A DNA stretch of 64,000 bases from an uncultured Spirochaetota bacterium (GTDB taxonomy: Bacteria > Spirochaetota > Brevinematia > Brevinematales > JAOACQ01): contig CAWIGG010000002.1 of the NCBI GenBank assembly GCA_963835575.1, forward strand, positions 1,248,001 through 1,312,000, in the 5' to 3' direction. The stretch's first letter is position 1, and each line of letters starts with the position of its first letter. The notes under the pieces were generated by a model. The model saw only the letters and a list, made by a program, of their open reading frames with translations. It searched no databases and had not been told where the DNA came from. The position numbers were made by a program, and so were the translations under genes. Of the stretch, positions 1-7,608 are shown piece after piece.

Positions 1-65
1 AATTATACCTGGAAAGTGTTACCTATGTCCTGAAGCTTTTCCGTTACCTATGTCCTGATTTCACC
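1..65. mobile_element. Probable terminus of an IS481-like insertion sequence (body lies left of the window)
   Basis: Exact 16-bp direct repeat GTTACCTATGTCCTGA at 18-33 and 43-58, resembling the repeated subterminal transposase-binding motifs of IS481-type ends. No transposase is visible in the window, so the family is tentative. Confidence 0.4.
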
Positions 66-77
66 GGCAAGCCTTTC

Positions 78-255
78 GCACAACGGTTAGCGTTTGCGAA
101 GCCGCTGAGCCATACAGCTATGCTGTAGGCGAAGCGGTTTGGTGAGTCCTGCGTTTTTCTTCTTCGGCCTACCCGACGCAGGGCGAGTGCTGAGCACCGC
201 AGGCCGTAGCGGCTGAGCGGAGGCCGAGGAGCGGAACGCCTACGCCGGGTTGTAC
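78..255 (-). repeat. attC-like recombination site (long, GC-rich imperfect hairpin)
   Basis: On the minus strand it reads GTACAAC (255-249) ... GTTGTGC (84-78), i.e. R''/R'-like cores around a GC-rich body with internal stems. It starts 17 bp after the stop codon of the AT-rich ORF. L-box spacing is not canonical. Confidence 0.65.
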
Positions 256-546
256 GAAGGGCACGGCCATTGTTATTTTATATTCAATAGATAATTATGT
301 ATCATCTCTCTGGCAATTTCAATTACTTCTTTTCTTTCTTCACTTTTAGTTTCTCTTAAATCTTTTAACTTAAATTTAAAATGCCTACTTTTTTCTGTTG
401 GTAAATTATTTGTATATTGTCCAAAAATACTCCTTTTTTGTTTTGAAATAAAATCTTTCCCAATATTTTTTTCTAAAAGATCTCTAATTTTATATAAAAT
501 TGAAAACTCTGTATAGGAATATTTGACTGATTTAATGAATAAATCA

Positions 547-1942
547 GAGTTATAATAGAAAGTTGTGTATAGGAATAAATATTATAAAAAAGATGGCGTA
601 CCCTCTATAATTTATTTACGACAATAAACAAAAGGAGGAATACGCCATATGCCGAAGCACAACGAAGATTTTAAGCTCTTAGAGGCTTTTAATCAAGATG
701 AAACAGTAGAATTTTTATGTCTTGAAGAATTGGCAAGGATCGGGGCCAGGGAAATAATCAAGAAGGCTCTGGAAGATGAAATTAATGGGTTTCTTCAGGA
801 GAGAGAGCATTTAACTATCGAAGACGGGAGAAAGGCAATAGTAAGAAATGGGTATCATAAAGCCCGTCAGATTCTCATTGGTGGAGGGGCTATTGATGTA
901 TGTATTCCGAGAACAAGGAACCGACTCGGAGGCGACAATTTTCAAAGCCTAATAGTACCGCCGTATATGAGAAAAAGCCTGAGAATTGAGGAAGCCATTC
1001 CATTGTTGTATCTCTATGGAGTCTCAGAGATGGATATGGAGAATGCCTTGAGAGGATTGCTTGGTGAAGAAGCGAAAGGATTATCAGCCTCAAGTATAAG
1101 CAGAATGAAACAAGGATGGGGTAAAGAATATGATGAGTGGCGGACATCCGATTTAAGCGATAAAAAGTATTGCTATATATGGGTTGACGGCATTTACTTC
1201 AATGTACAGGGCAGCGAAGACCGTTTATGCACTCTTGTAATGATCGGAGCCAATGAGAATGGTGAAAAGGAGATTATTCTTGTTGAAGAAGGTTACAGAG
1301 AGAATTCCGAGACTTGGTTAGGGATATTAAGAAACCTAAAAGAAAAAGGTTTGAAAGGTCCTATTCTTTTTATCGGAGACGGAAGCCTTGGATTCTGGAA
1401 AGCAGCCAAAGAAGTATATCCTGAATCCAGATGGCAGAGATGCTGGGTTCATAAGATAAAGAACATTCTAAACAAGCTGCCCAAAGTATTACAGTCAAAG
1501 GCAAAAGAGATGCTTCATGAGATATGCAATGCTCCTGATAAGGATAATGCTATCAAAGCTTTTGAATTATTCCAGGCGGTTTTTAATCCTAAATATCCAG
1601 CAGCTGTCGAATGTTTAGAAAAAGATTGGGAGCTTATGATCGAATTTTATAACTGTCCGGCGGAACATTGGGTACATATCCGTACGACAAACGTAATAGA
1701 ATCTACCTTCTCTACAGTTCGATTAAGAACTAAAAAGATGAGAGGCTGCGGAACCAGGGAAACGATTCTAATAATGGTCTATAAATTACTGGATAAGGCA
1801 TCCAGGCGATGGAGAAAATTAAGAGGTTATGAAAAGATTTGCCTTGTATTGGAAGGCGCTGTTTTTGAGAACGGAGAGCTTGTAAAAAAGGCAGCATAAA
1901 AAAATGAGAGGGTATGTCATACACAACATTTGACAAAAACTC
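547..1942 (+). mobile_element. IS256-family insertion sequence, copy 1 (1396 bp)
   Basis: Imperfect terminal IRs GAGTTATAATAGAAAGTTGTGTAT / GAGTTTTTGTCAAATGTTGTGTAT. 9-bp TSD AATAAATCA at 538-546 and 1943-1951. Ends confirmed by the second copy. Confidence 0.95.
649..1899 (+). CDS. IS256-family (Mutator-type) DDE transposase
   Basis: RNGY, WVDG, IGDG, QRCWVH and RTTNxIES motifs; AGGAGG RBS upstream. Confidence 0.95.
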   Translation: MPKHNEDFKLLEAFNQDETVEFLCLEELARIGAREIIKKALEDEINGFLQEREHLTIEDGRKAIVRNGYHKARQILIGGGAIDVCIPRTRNRLGGDNFQSLIVPPYMRKSLRIEEAIPLLYLYGVSEMDMENALRGLLGEEAKGLSASSISRMKQGWGKEYDEWRTSDLSDKKYCYIWVDGIYFNVQGSEDRLCTLVMIGANENGEKEIILVEEGYRENSETWLGILRNLKEKGLKGPILFIGDGSLGFWKAAKEVYPESRWQRCWVHKIKNILNKLPKVLQSKAKEMLHEICNAPDKDNAIKAFELFQAVFNPKYPAAVECLEKDWELMIEFYNCPAEHWVHIRTTNVIESTFSTVRLRTKKMRGCGTRETILIMVYKLLDKASRRWRKLRGYEKICLVLEGAVFENGELVKKAA

Positions 1943-2433
1943 AATAAATCAATAATTTCTTTTAAAATAGAATTACTTTTATTTCTTACAATTAATTCAA
2001 TAAAATCATTAAACTTATATTTTGATGGAAGTATTTCTGTATTAATAATTTGATCATATGGTAATATTTCAGTATGTAGATTCTGATATTTTTCTATAAA
2101 ACTAAGTTTTTGTCTAAAAAAATCATTTTTTTCTCCAAAAGTTGCTGATTCAAAAGAAATTAAATATGGTCTATATGAAATTATCAACTGTGTTATAAAA
2201 TAACAATTTATTATATCATAAATACTATTTACTATTTCAGAATCCTTTTTTAACTCAACTGAATTTACTTCTAATGAAATAGAGCCATTTTCGATTAGAA
2301 AATTATAATTTTGATTTTTATAATTAATAATCTGCTCAAAATAATTATTTGGATAATATTTCCAATAGAATTCATAAAGCCCTTCATTATTCATGATAAA
2401 ACTCTTTCATATAATAAATTGGCCGTGCCTTTC

Positions 2434-2505
2434 GTACAACTCGTAATAAATGAAATTACTACTCTATGCCATTAAATTATACCCTGCTATATATTTCTTT
2501 AGCAA
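2434..2505 (-). promoter_or_regulatory. Putative Pc-like promoter and attI-like crossover site
   Basis: Minus strand TTGCTA (2505-2500) -N18- TATAAT (2481-2476), about 35 bp upstream of GTTGTAC (2440-2434), which begins the cassette. Confidence 0.45.
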
Positions 2506-2519
2506 TATTAAAATTGGTT

Positions 2520-2553
2520 ATCCTGTCAATCCTGCACCATCCTGCCGATCCTG
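2520..2553. repeat. ATCCTG x4 periodic repeat (solo arm)
   Basis: ATCCTG at 2520, 2529, 2539 and 2548. Confidence 0.6.
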
Positions 2554-2705
2554 CTCTATTGGGGTCCACACATTCGCTTTAATGCCATCGAGCAAGGATT
2601 TTTTACATAAGAGCTTTTATGAATCAGGGTGTAGCCATCCATCTTTTCAGTCTGCATCGCCGGACAAAACCATAAAACGGCTCAAATAAAACTAAATCTT
2701 ATAAA

Positions 2706-2847
2706 ATCCGCCAAATCCGCGTTGATCCGCGTGAACAATCGGATATTATAATATAGAATCGTTAATTAAAGATTTTTTTTATCTTGAGAGTTTAGTTTTA
2801 ATAAATTATTATTATTAGCGTCCATTCGCGTGGCTTAGCGGAAGACC
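2706..2847. repeat. Intergenic triplet-arm inverted element
   Basis: ATCCGC x3 (2706, 2715, 2725) and TT(A/C)GCG x3 (2815, 2825, 2835). 2828-2847 is the exact reverse complement of 63592-63611. Confidence 0.6.
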
Positions 2848-3507
2848 TTAATCCTCTTTTTCCTGAAGCCTTCTTTTGTTTTTAATAAGACGGTAAATAT
2901 CCGCCAAGTTCTTGATGGTTATTTTATTGACGCTCCGCTCAATCCTGCCCATATTCGAATAACGGACAAGGTATTTTTCGCATTCCTGCGCGTCCAGGCC
3001 GCACCAGTGAGCGATATCTTCCGCGCGGACATTCTCCAGCTCGATCGGCTTATTTTCCTGATAGGTGGATGGAATGATCCCTTTTAACTCAACAAGCATC
3101 AGAAGCGTGTCCAGCACTTTGGACTCATTTTCCTGAAGCGAGAGTATTTCAAGCCTCCGCTGGCTGTCAAATATACGCTTCGAAATGATCTTTATCAGTG
3201 AAAGCGCCCATATGGGGTTGGTAATAAGAAGCTCATTAAAATTCTGCTTTTTCAGCACGACAAGCTTGACCGGCGTTTCCGCTATGGCCGTAGCGCTCCG
3301 GGGAGCGTCCTCTATTATGGCCATTTCGCCGAATATAGCCGGAGGATCCATGACATCAAGGGTTTTTTCTTTGTTATCCTGAATTTTTGTCAATCGGATC
3401 TTGCCTTCTTTAATAATATAAAACTCATCGCCCTTTTCATATTCGCAAAATATGATATCCCCTGGATTATAGGATTTCTCATATTTATCCAGGACTTCTT
3501 CACCCAT
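2848..3507 (-). CDS. Crp/Fnr-family cyclic-nucleotide-binding regulator
   Basis: cNMP-binding signature FGEMAI...PRSATA; C-terminal HTH-like region. Confidence 0.85.
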   Translation of the reverse strand: MGEEVLDKYEKSYNPGDIIFCEYEKGDEFYIIKEGKIRLTKIQDNKEKTLDVMDPPAIFGEMAIIEDAPRSATAIAETPVKLVVLKKQNFNELLITNPIWALSLIKIISKRIFDSQRRLEILSLQENESKVLDTLLMLVELKGIIPSTYQENKPIELENVRAEDIAHWCGLDAQECEKYLVRYSNMGRIERSVNKITIKNLADIYRLIKNKRRLQEKED

Positions 3508-3521
3508 AACTTCCGCCTTTA

Positions 3522-4556
3522 TTAAGCGCCCATTCTTTCTTTGGCTTTTTTGGAAAATTCATCAACAGGATGCATCATCACTATTTTTTGAAGAATGGAC
3601 CTTTCGCCTTCTTTATTATTCAACTGTTTATAAATATCCGCTAAAATAAACAAAGTTTTTTTGATCATTATGACATCTTTGACTTCTTTCAGATATTCAG
3701 TGATCTCCTGACTGCATTCATTGAATTTATTCAATTTAAAAAGGGTCGTGAAATACATCATCTTGGCATTATTGATCATTTCAGGATTGATCATTGTATT
3801 TTCAAGGGCAAAAAGGTCTTTGAATATTTTTTCAGCGCTATTATAATCTTCTCCGTTAAAGAACGACTGCGCCCTGTAAAACTTATCCATCACTTCCCGG
3901 ATGCCTAATTTAGAATGCGCGTTTTCCATGCTGATCTTTGTATCGCCGACTGCCGTGATATTACCCGCAATTTCACCATCTATAATCTGATCAATCGGCT
4001 TAAACTCCTTCATAAAACCGGTTTTAACGGCTTCTTCGCAGAGTTCTATCCTGTATTTCGCCTCAGTGACAATATTTGTCTGGGGATACTGCTCAATATA
4101 GTGCTGATAAACCTGAACAGCCTGTTTATACTGCTTTGTGTTGATATAATATTCGCCGATTTTAAAAAGTCCTATATTCGGCGGATAGAGGACATTATTG
4201 CCGAGATAATTATTGACTTTGATCCCCAGATTGCGGAGCTGATTTGACAGGACCCGGAGGAGCCTTTTCATTAATTCGACATTTTTGGATACATAAGCCT
4301 CAAAATCCGGAATCTTGAACTCGATCGTGAGAGAATCCGTTACCGATTCGGCGATCTCATCGCGGGTATGATTTATAATAGCCGATTTCAGCCCGAAGAA
4401 TTCGCCCTGACTCAAAGTCTTGACTATTTTCTCGCCGCTTTCAGGCTGAATAAAACTGAGGTCCACTCTTCCGCTCTTTAAAATAAAAATACTGTCGCCC
4501 CTTTCATGGTCGAAATAAATGATTGATCCCTCTGTAAATTTTCTCTCAGTCGGCAT
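3522..4556 (-). CDS. Cyclic-nucleotide-binding domain + TPR protein
   Basis: N-terminal cNMP fold (IFILKSGRV...GEFFG) followed by TPR-like helices (LFKIGEYY...YIEQYP). Confidence 0.8.
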   Translation of the reverse strand: MPTERKFTEGSIIYFDHERGDSIFILKSGRVDLSFIQPESGEKIVKTLSQGEFFGLKSAIINHTRDEIAESVTDSLTIEFKIPDFEAYVSKNVELMKRLLRVLSNQLRNLGIKVNNYLGNNVLYPPNIGLFKIGEYYINTKQYKQAVQVYQHYIEQYPQTNIVTEAKYRIELCEEAVKTGFMKEFKPIDQIIDGEIAGNITAVGDTKISMENAHSKLGIREVMDKFYRAQSFFNGEDYNSAEKIFKDLFALENTMINPEMINNAKMMYFTTLFKLNKFNECSQEITEYLKEVKDVIMIKKTLFILADIYKQLNNKEGERSILQKIVMMHPVDEFSKKAKERMGA

Positions 4557-4608
4557 TTTTTCACCTTCTTAACTCGCTAAAAAGACCATCAGCAGGATAA
4601 TTAAAAAT

Positions 4609-5832
4609 TCAATTTATTGGTAAGAACGGTAGAATTTTCTTGAACTTTAAATTATCCCATATTCTTTTATAAAGGTCAATAGGCCTGCCTATTATAATTT
4701 TATCTTTTCCATTTATCTTCAAAGACTGGTAATTATTTTTAAATTTTTTGAAATTATTTCCGTATTTTTTGTATCCATATAAAGGAATACCTTCTTTTAT
4801 GACCAATTCCACATTATCGAACCAGCTGTTTAATAAAGAGCGGTAAGGGTCCTGCGGGTTCCCTCCATTGATTATCATAAAATCGGCGATATAACCGATC
4901 TCAATTTTCCCCAGGCTTTTTAAGCGGAGCGCTTTAGCCGGATACAGTGTTACCATAAAAGTGAGGATTTTAGGATCAATTTCCTCATGATAGAGATCTT
5001 TATAGAGTGATGAAGCGAACCTCATTTCATCCAGGATATTGAGTCCGCCGGACATCGGTGAATCCGTCCCCAGCGACACATTGACATTTCTTTTCAGAAG
5101 CTCTTTTATATCGGCTGTTTCCTTGAACATATAATAATTTGACGACGGGCACCAGACAACATTCACTTTTTTCCTGGCGAGTTCTTCAATATCACTTTTG
5201 CTGAAAGAAATTCCATGGATAAGGACCGTATGATCGTCCAGCGCGTTCATTTCCCGTAAAATATCAACACCGAGGGTTGATTCCTCATCAAACCCTTCTT
5301 CGATATGCGTAATAAAAGGAACATCATACTCTCTGGCTTCTTTAAATTCCTCAGATATGCCTTTTCCCCATCTCAGGTCAAAGCTGGAACATTCATGCTC
5401 CAGCGCATAATCCTTTAAAACACGGACAGGCATTTTATCTATTATTTCATCATTTACAAGATGCGGCATATGGTCCGAGACCGTCGTAACGCCTGAAATA
5501 AGGTTTTTATAGGCGCCGAGAAGATAAAGGTCATCATTTGATATTTTGTTTCTTTCCAGATAAACATCATGGCTTTTCAGGTCATTATCCCATGGCAGCC
5601 AGTTCAGATAGGGACCTGTACCGATCTTCGGAAAATAAGTCCCGAGAAGATGATCATGCGGATTAATAAGCCCCGGAAAGATCAGCATGCCTGGTTCAAG
5701 TTTTATTTGAAAGTCCGCTTTTTTATCCGGGTCCCCTATTTTTATGATTTTATTCCCCTCAACCGTGATTGAGGCATCTTTTATGACATATTCCGGAGAA
5801 ACAATCGTACCGCCGGTAATGGTGTATTTCAT
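4609..5832 (-). CDS. Amidohydrolase-family metal-dependent hydrolase
   Basis: PGLINPHDH, THIEE, LIHG, SLGTDS and GKIEIGYIADF motifs. Confidence 0.85.
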   Translation of the reverse strand: MKYTITGGTIVSPEYVIKDASITVEGNKIIKIGDPDKKADFQIKLEPGMLIFPGLINPHDHLLGTYFPKIGTGPYLNWLPWDNDLKSHDVYLERNKISNDDLYLLGAYKNLISGVTTVSDHMPHLVNDEIIDKMPVRVLKDYALEHECSSFDLRWGKGISEEFKEAREYDVPFITHIEEGFDEESTLGVDILREMNALDDHTVLIHGISFSKSDIEELARKKVNVVWCPSSNYYMFKETADIKELLKRNVNVSLGTDSPMSGGLNILDEMRFASSLYKDLYHEEIDPKILTFMVTLYPAKALRLKSLGKIEIGYIADFMIINGGNPQDPYRSLLNSWFDNVELVIKEGIPLYGYKKYGNNFKKFKNNYQSLKINGKDKIIIGRPIDLYKRIWDNLKFKKILPFLPIN

Positions 5833-5925
5833 ACCACCCCCTCTTGAAGAGGCTGCGCTATAAGTTTTTTCGGAATATCAAAATAAGAACTGAAATAAGA
5901 GCTGATTGACAGGCTTTTTTTGAGT

Positions 5926-6954
5926 TTATTTATGCTTAATCCCGGCTGATTCTATTATTCTTTCTATTATTTTTAACGCTTCTATTCCGTCTTTAAGCGC
6001 AGAAGCAATCGGCAGCTTTCCATCCAGAAAATCAACGCAATTCTGCACCATGCCTGAAAAATAATGCGTTTTGCGGAAAACCTTTATATGCCTTTCTCTT
6101 TTCAGAGAATAAAAACCTTCATAATAAGGACTTTCTTCAGCTTCCCAGAGTTCAAAAAGCCCATTGCCGATCCTTGCCCTGCTTTTCTGAAACGTGATAT
6201 CGATCTCAAACTCAAACTGCTTTGTCTGAAAGCCTAAACTGATAAAAAGAGGGGCTTCCCCAATTCTTCCCATGCATGAAATACCGGAAACAGAGCCTTT
6301 TTTGTCCTTTTTTGAGGACAGCGCTGATTCAATCTTCAAGTCACTCCCGGTCAAAAATCTCAAAATATCAATAATATGAGTTCCGTCCCTCAATAATGCC
6401 CCTCTGCCGTAATTTTCATCTTTGCGCATCCAGGCCGGCGACGGGGTAAAAAGCCTGCCGTATAAAGATTTAACTTCACCGTAGAGTTTTGATTTAATGA
6501 GATTCTGAAGGAGAATATAATCCCTGGAATAACGCCTTTCATGATTGATCAGGACAGGTACTTTTAACCGGCCGGATAATCTCTCAATTTGAACGGCTTC
6601 TCTAAGATTGGCCGCCGCAGGCTTTTCCAGAACAACCAGCCGGGGATGAAACGGAAGAATTTCATTCATTACTTTCAGATGGCTTTCCTCAGGCACAGCC
6701 GCGATCAGTATATCCCAACTGCCGTCATTGAGCATTTCTGAAAGTGTTTTATAAATCCGGGCTTTTTTATAGACCTTATGCCATTCATCCCGCTTAACGG
6801 GATCGGTATCAAATCCTCCCGCAAGAAAGGTCCTGCTGTTTCCCGCAAAAGCGCTTGAATGAGAAGCCGGCTGTTCCCTCTTCCGGTCAAAACCTAGAAA
6901 GAACCCTATTCTACCGAGGCCGATTATACCGGTCCTGTATTTTCCGGAAGGCAT
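5926..6954 (-). CDS. Gfo/Idh/MocA-family oxidoreductase
   Basis: GIIGLGRIG Rossmann motif, EKP, NHERRY and DGTHIID. Confidence 0.85.
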   Translation of the reverse strand: MPSGKYRTGIIGLGRIGFFLGFDRKREQPASHSSAFAGNSRTFLAGGFDTDPVKRDEWHKVYKKARIYKTLSEMLNDGSWDILIAAVPEESHLKVMNEILPFHPRLVVLEKPAAANLREAVQIERLSGRLKVPVLINHERRYSRDYILLQNLIKSKLYGEVKSLYGRLFTPSPAWMRKDENYGRGALLRDGTHIIDILRFLTGSDLKIESALSSKKDKKGSVSGISCMGRIGEAPLFISLGFQTKQFEFEIDITFQKSRARIGNGLFELWEAEESPYYEGFYSLKRERHIKVFRKTHYFSGMVQNCVDFLDGKLPIASALKDGIEALKIIERIIESAGIKHK

Positions 6955-6956
6955 GC

Positions 6957-7598
6957 CTATAATTTAAAACCGACGCCGCAGAGAATTGAAAATCCACCGG
7001 CATCAATCTTTTCACCGACGATCAAAGTCTCATTATCAGTTTTAGATTTCGCGACATTTGAAAAATTATATCCGGTCAGTAAGTAAAGATAGGTTTTTTC
7101 TCCAAGAGAAATCTGAGCGCCGATCTCAATCTGAAATGCCAGAAAGTCGCCCGCGAAGAGGTAGCTCTGCTCTCCTGATGTTTTTTTATAAGTGTTATAC
7201 ATCAGGTCATAACCGACGCCGATCTGGGCGTAAGGCTGGATGATATCGGCGATAACATAGGGAATATCTACCCTGACATTAAGAAATAAGAGAAAGAGGT
7301 TGGCCGTCGTTTCACTGTTTAACTTCGTGGTCGTAAAAGGACCGGATGTGTTGGTACTTTCCTGCGCTTCTGTCGTATAATTAGCCCTGTAATAATCGAC
7401 ATTAAAATTAAGGGAAACCATCTGGTCGAAACGGAATCCTGCCAGCACCCCGCCTTTAAAGCCGACCCCTGTGCCCCAGGGCGCCATCATGCCAATCCTG
7501 GCTTCCAGGTATTTCTGCTGGCCGAATGCGCTTTCCTCACCGTAAACAGCCATTGAACATAATACTAAAAATAATATGGACACTGATAACTTTTTCAT
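6957..7598 (-). CDS. Putative outer-membrane beta-barrel protein
   Basis: Signal peptide, amphipathic beta strands, PYAQIGVG, C-terminal GVGFKL. Confidence 0.6.
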   Translation of the reverse strand: MKKLSVSILFLVLCSMAVYGEESAFGQQKYLEARIGMMAPWGTGVGFKGGVLAGFRFDQMVSLNFNVDYYRANYTTEAQESTNTSGPFTTTKLNSETTANLFLLFLNVRVDIPYVIADIIQPYAQIGVGYDLMYNTYKKTSGEQSYLFAGDFLAFQIEIGAQISLGEKTYLYLLTGYNFSNVAKSKTDNETLIVGEKIDAGGFSILCGVGFKL

Positions 7599-7608
7599 TA
7601 TTCCCCTC

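Larger units (their letters stand above)
273..2394 (-). pseudogene. AT-rich cassette gene (238 aa reconstructed) interrupted by IS256; hypothetical protein
   Basis: Removing IS 547-1942 plus one 9-bp TSD joins ORF 2394-1943 in frame to 537-273 (...KEIIDLF-IKSVKYSYTEFSILYKIRDLLEK...SRHFK...MIHNYLLNIK*), with stop TAA at 275-273. Confidence 0.85.

Noticed and set aside
18..58. Direct repeats as a CRISPR array
   Set aside because: Only two 16-bp units with a 9-bp spacer and no cas genes. No CRISPR array was seen anywhere in the window.
2555..2660. Minus-strand peptide ...GYTLIHKSSYVKNP as a remnant integrase C-terminus upstream of the attI-like site
   Set aside because: The resemblance is vague, with no HxxR or LGH motif; not supportable.
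2450..2689. 79-aa plus-strand ORF
   Set aside because: It overlaps the putative promoter and ATCCTG repeats and has no RBS or recognisable motif.
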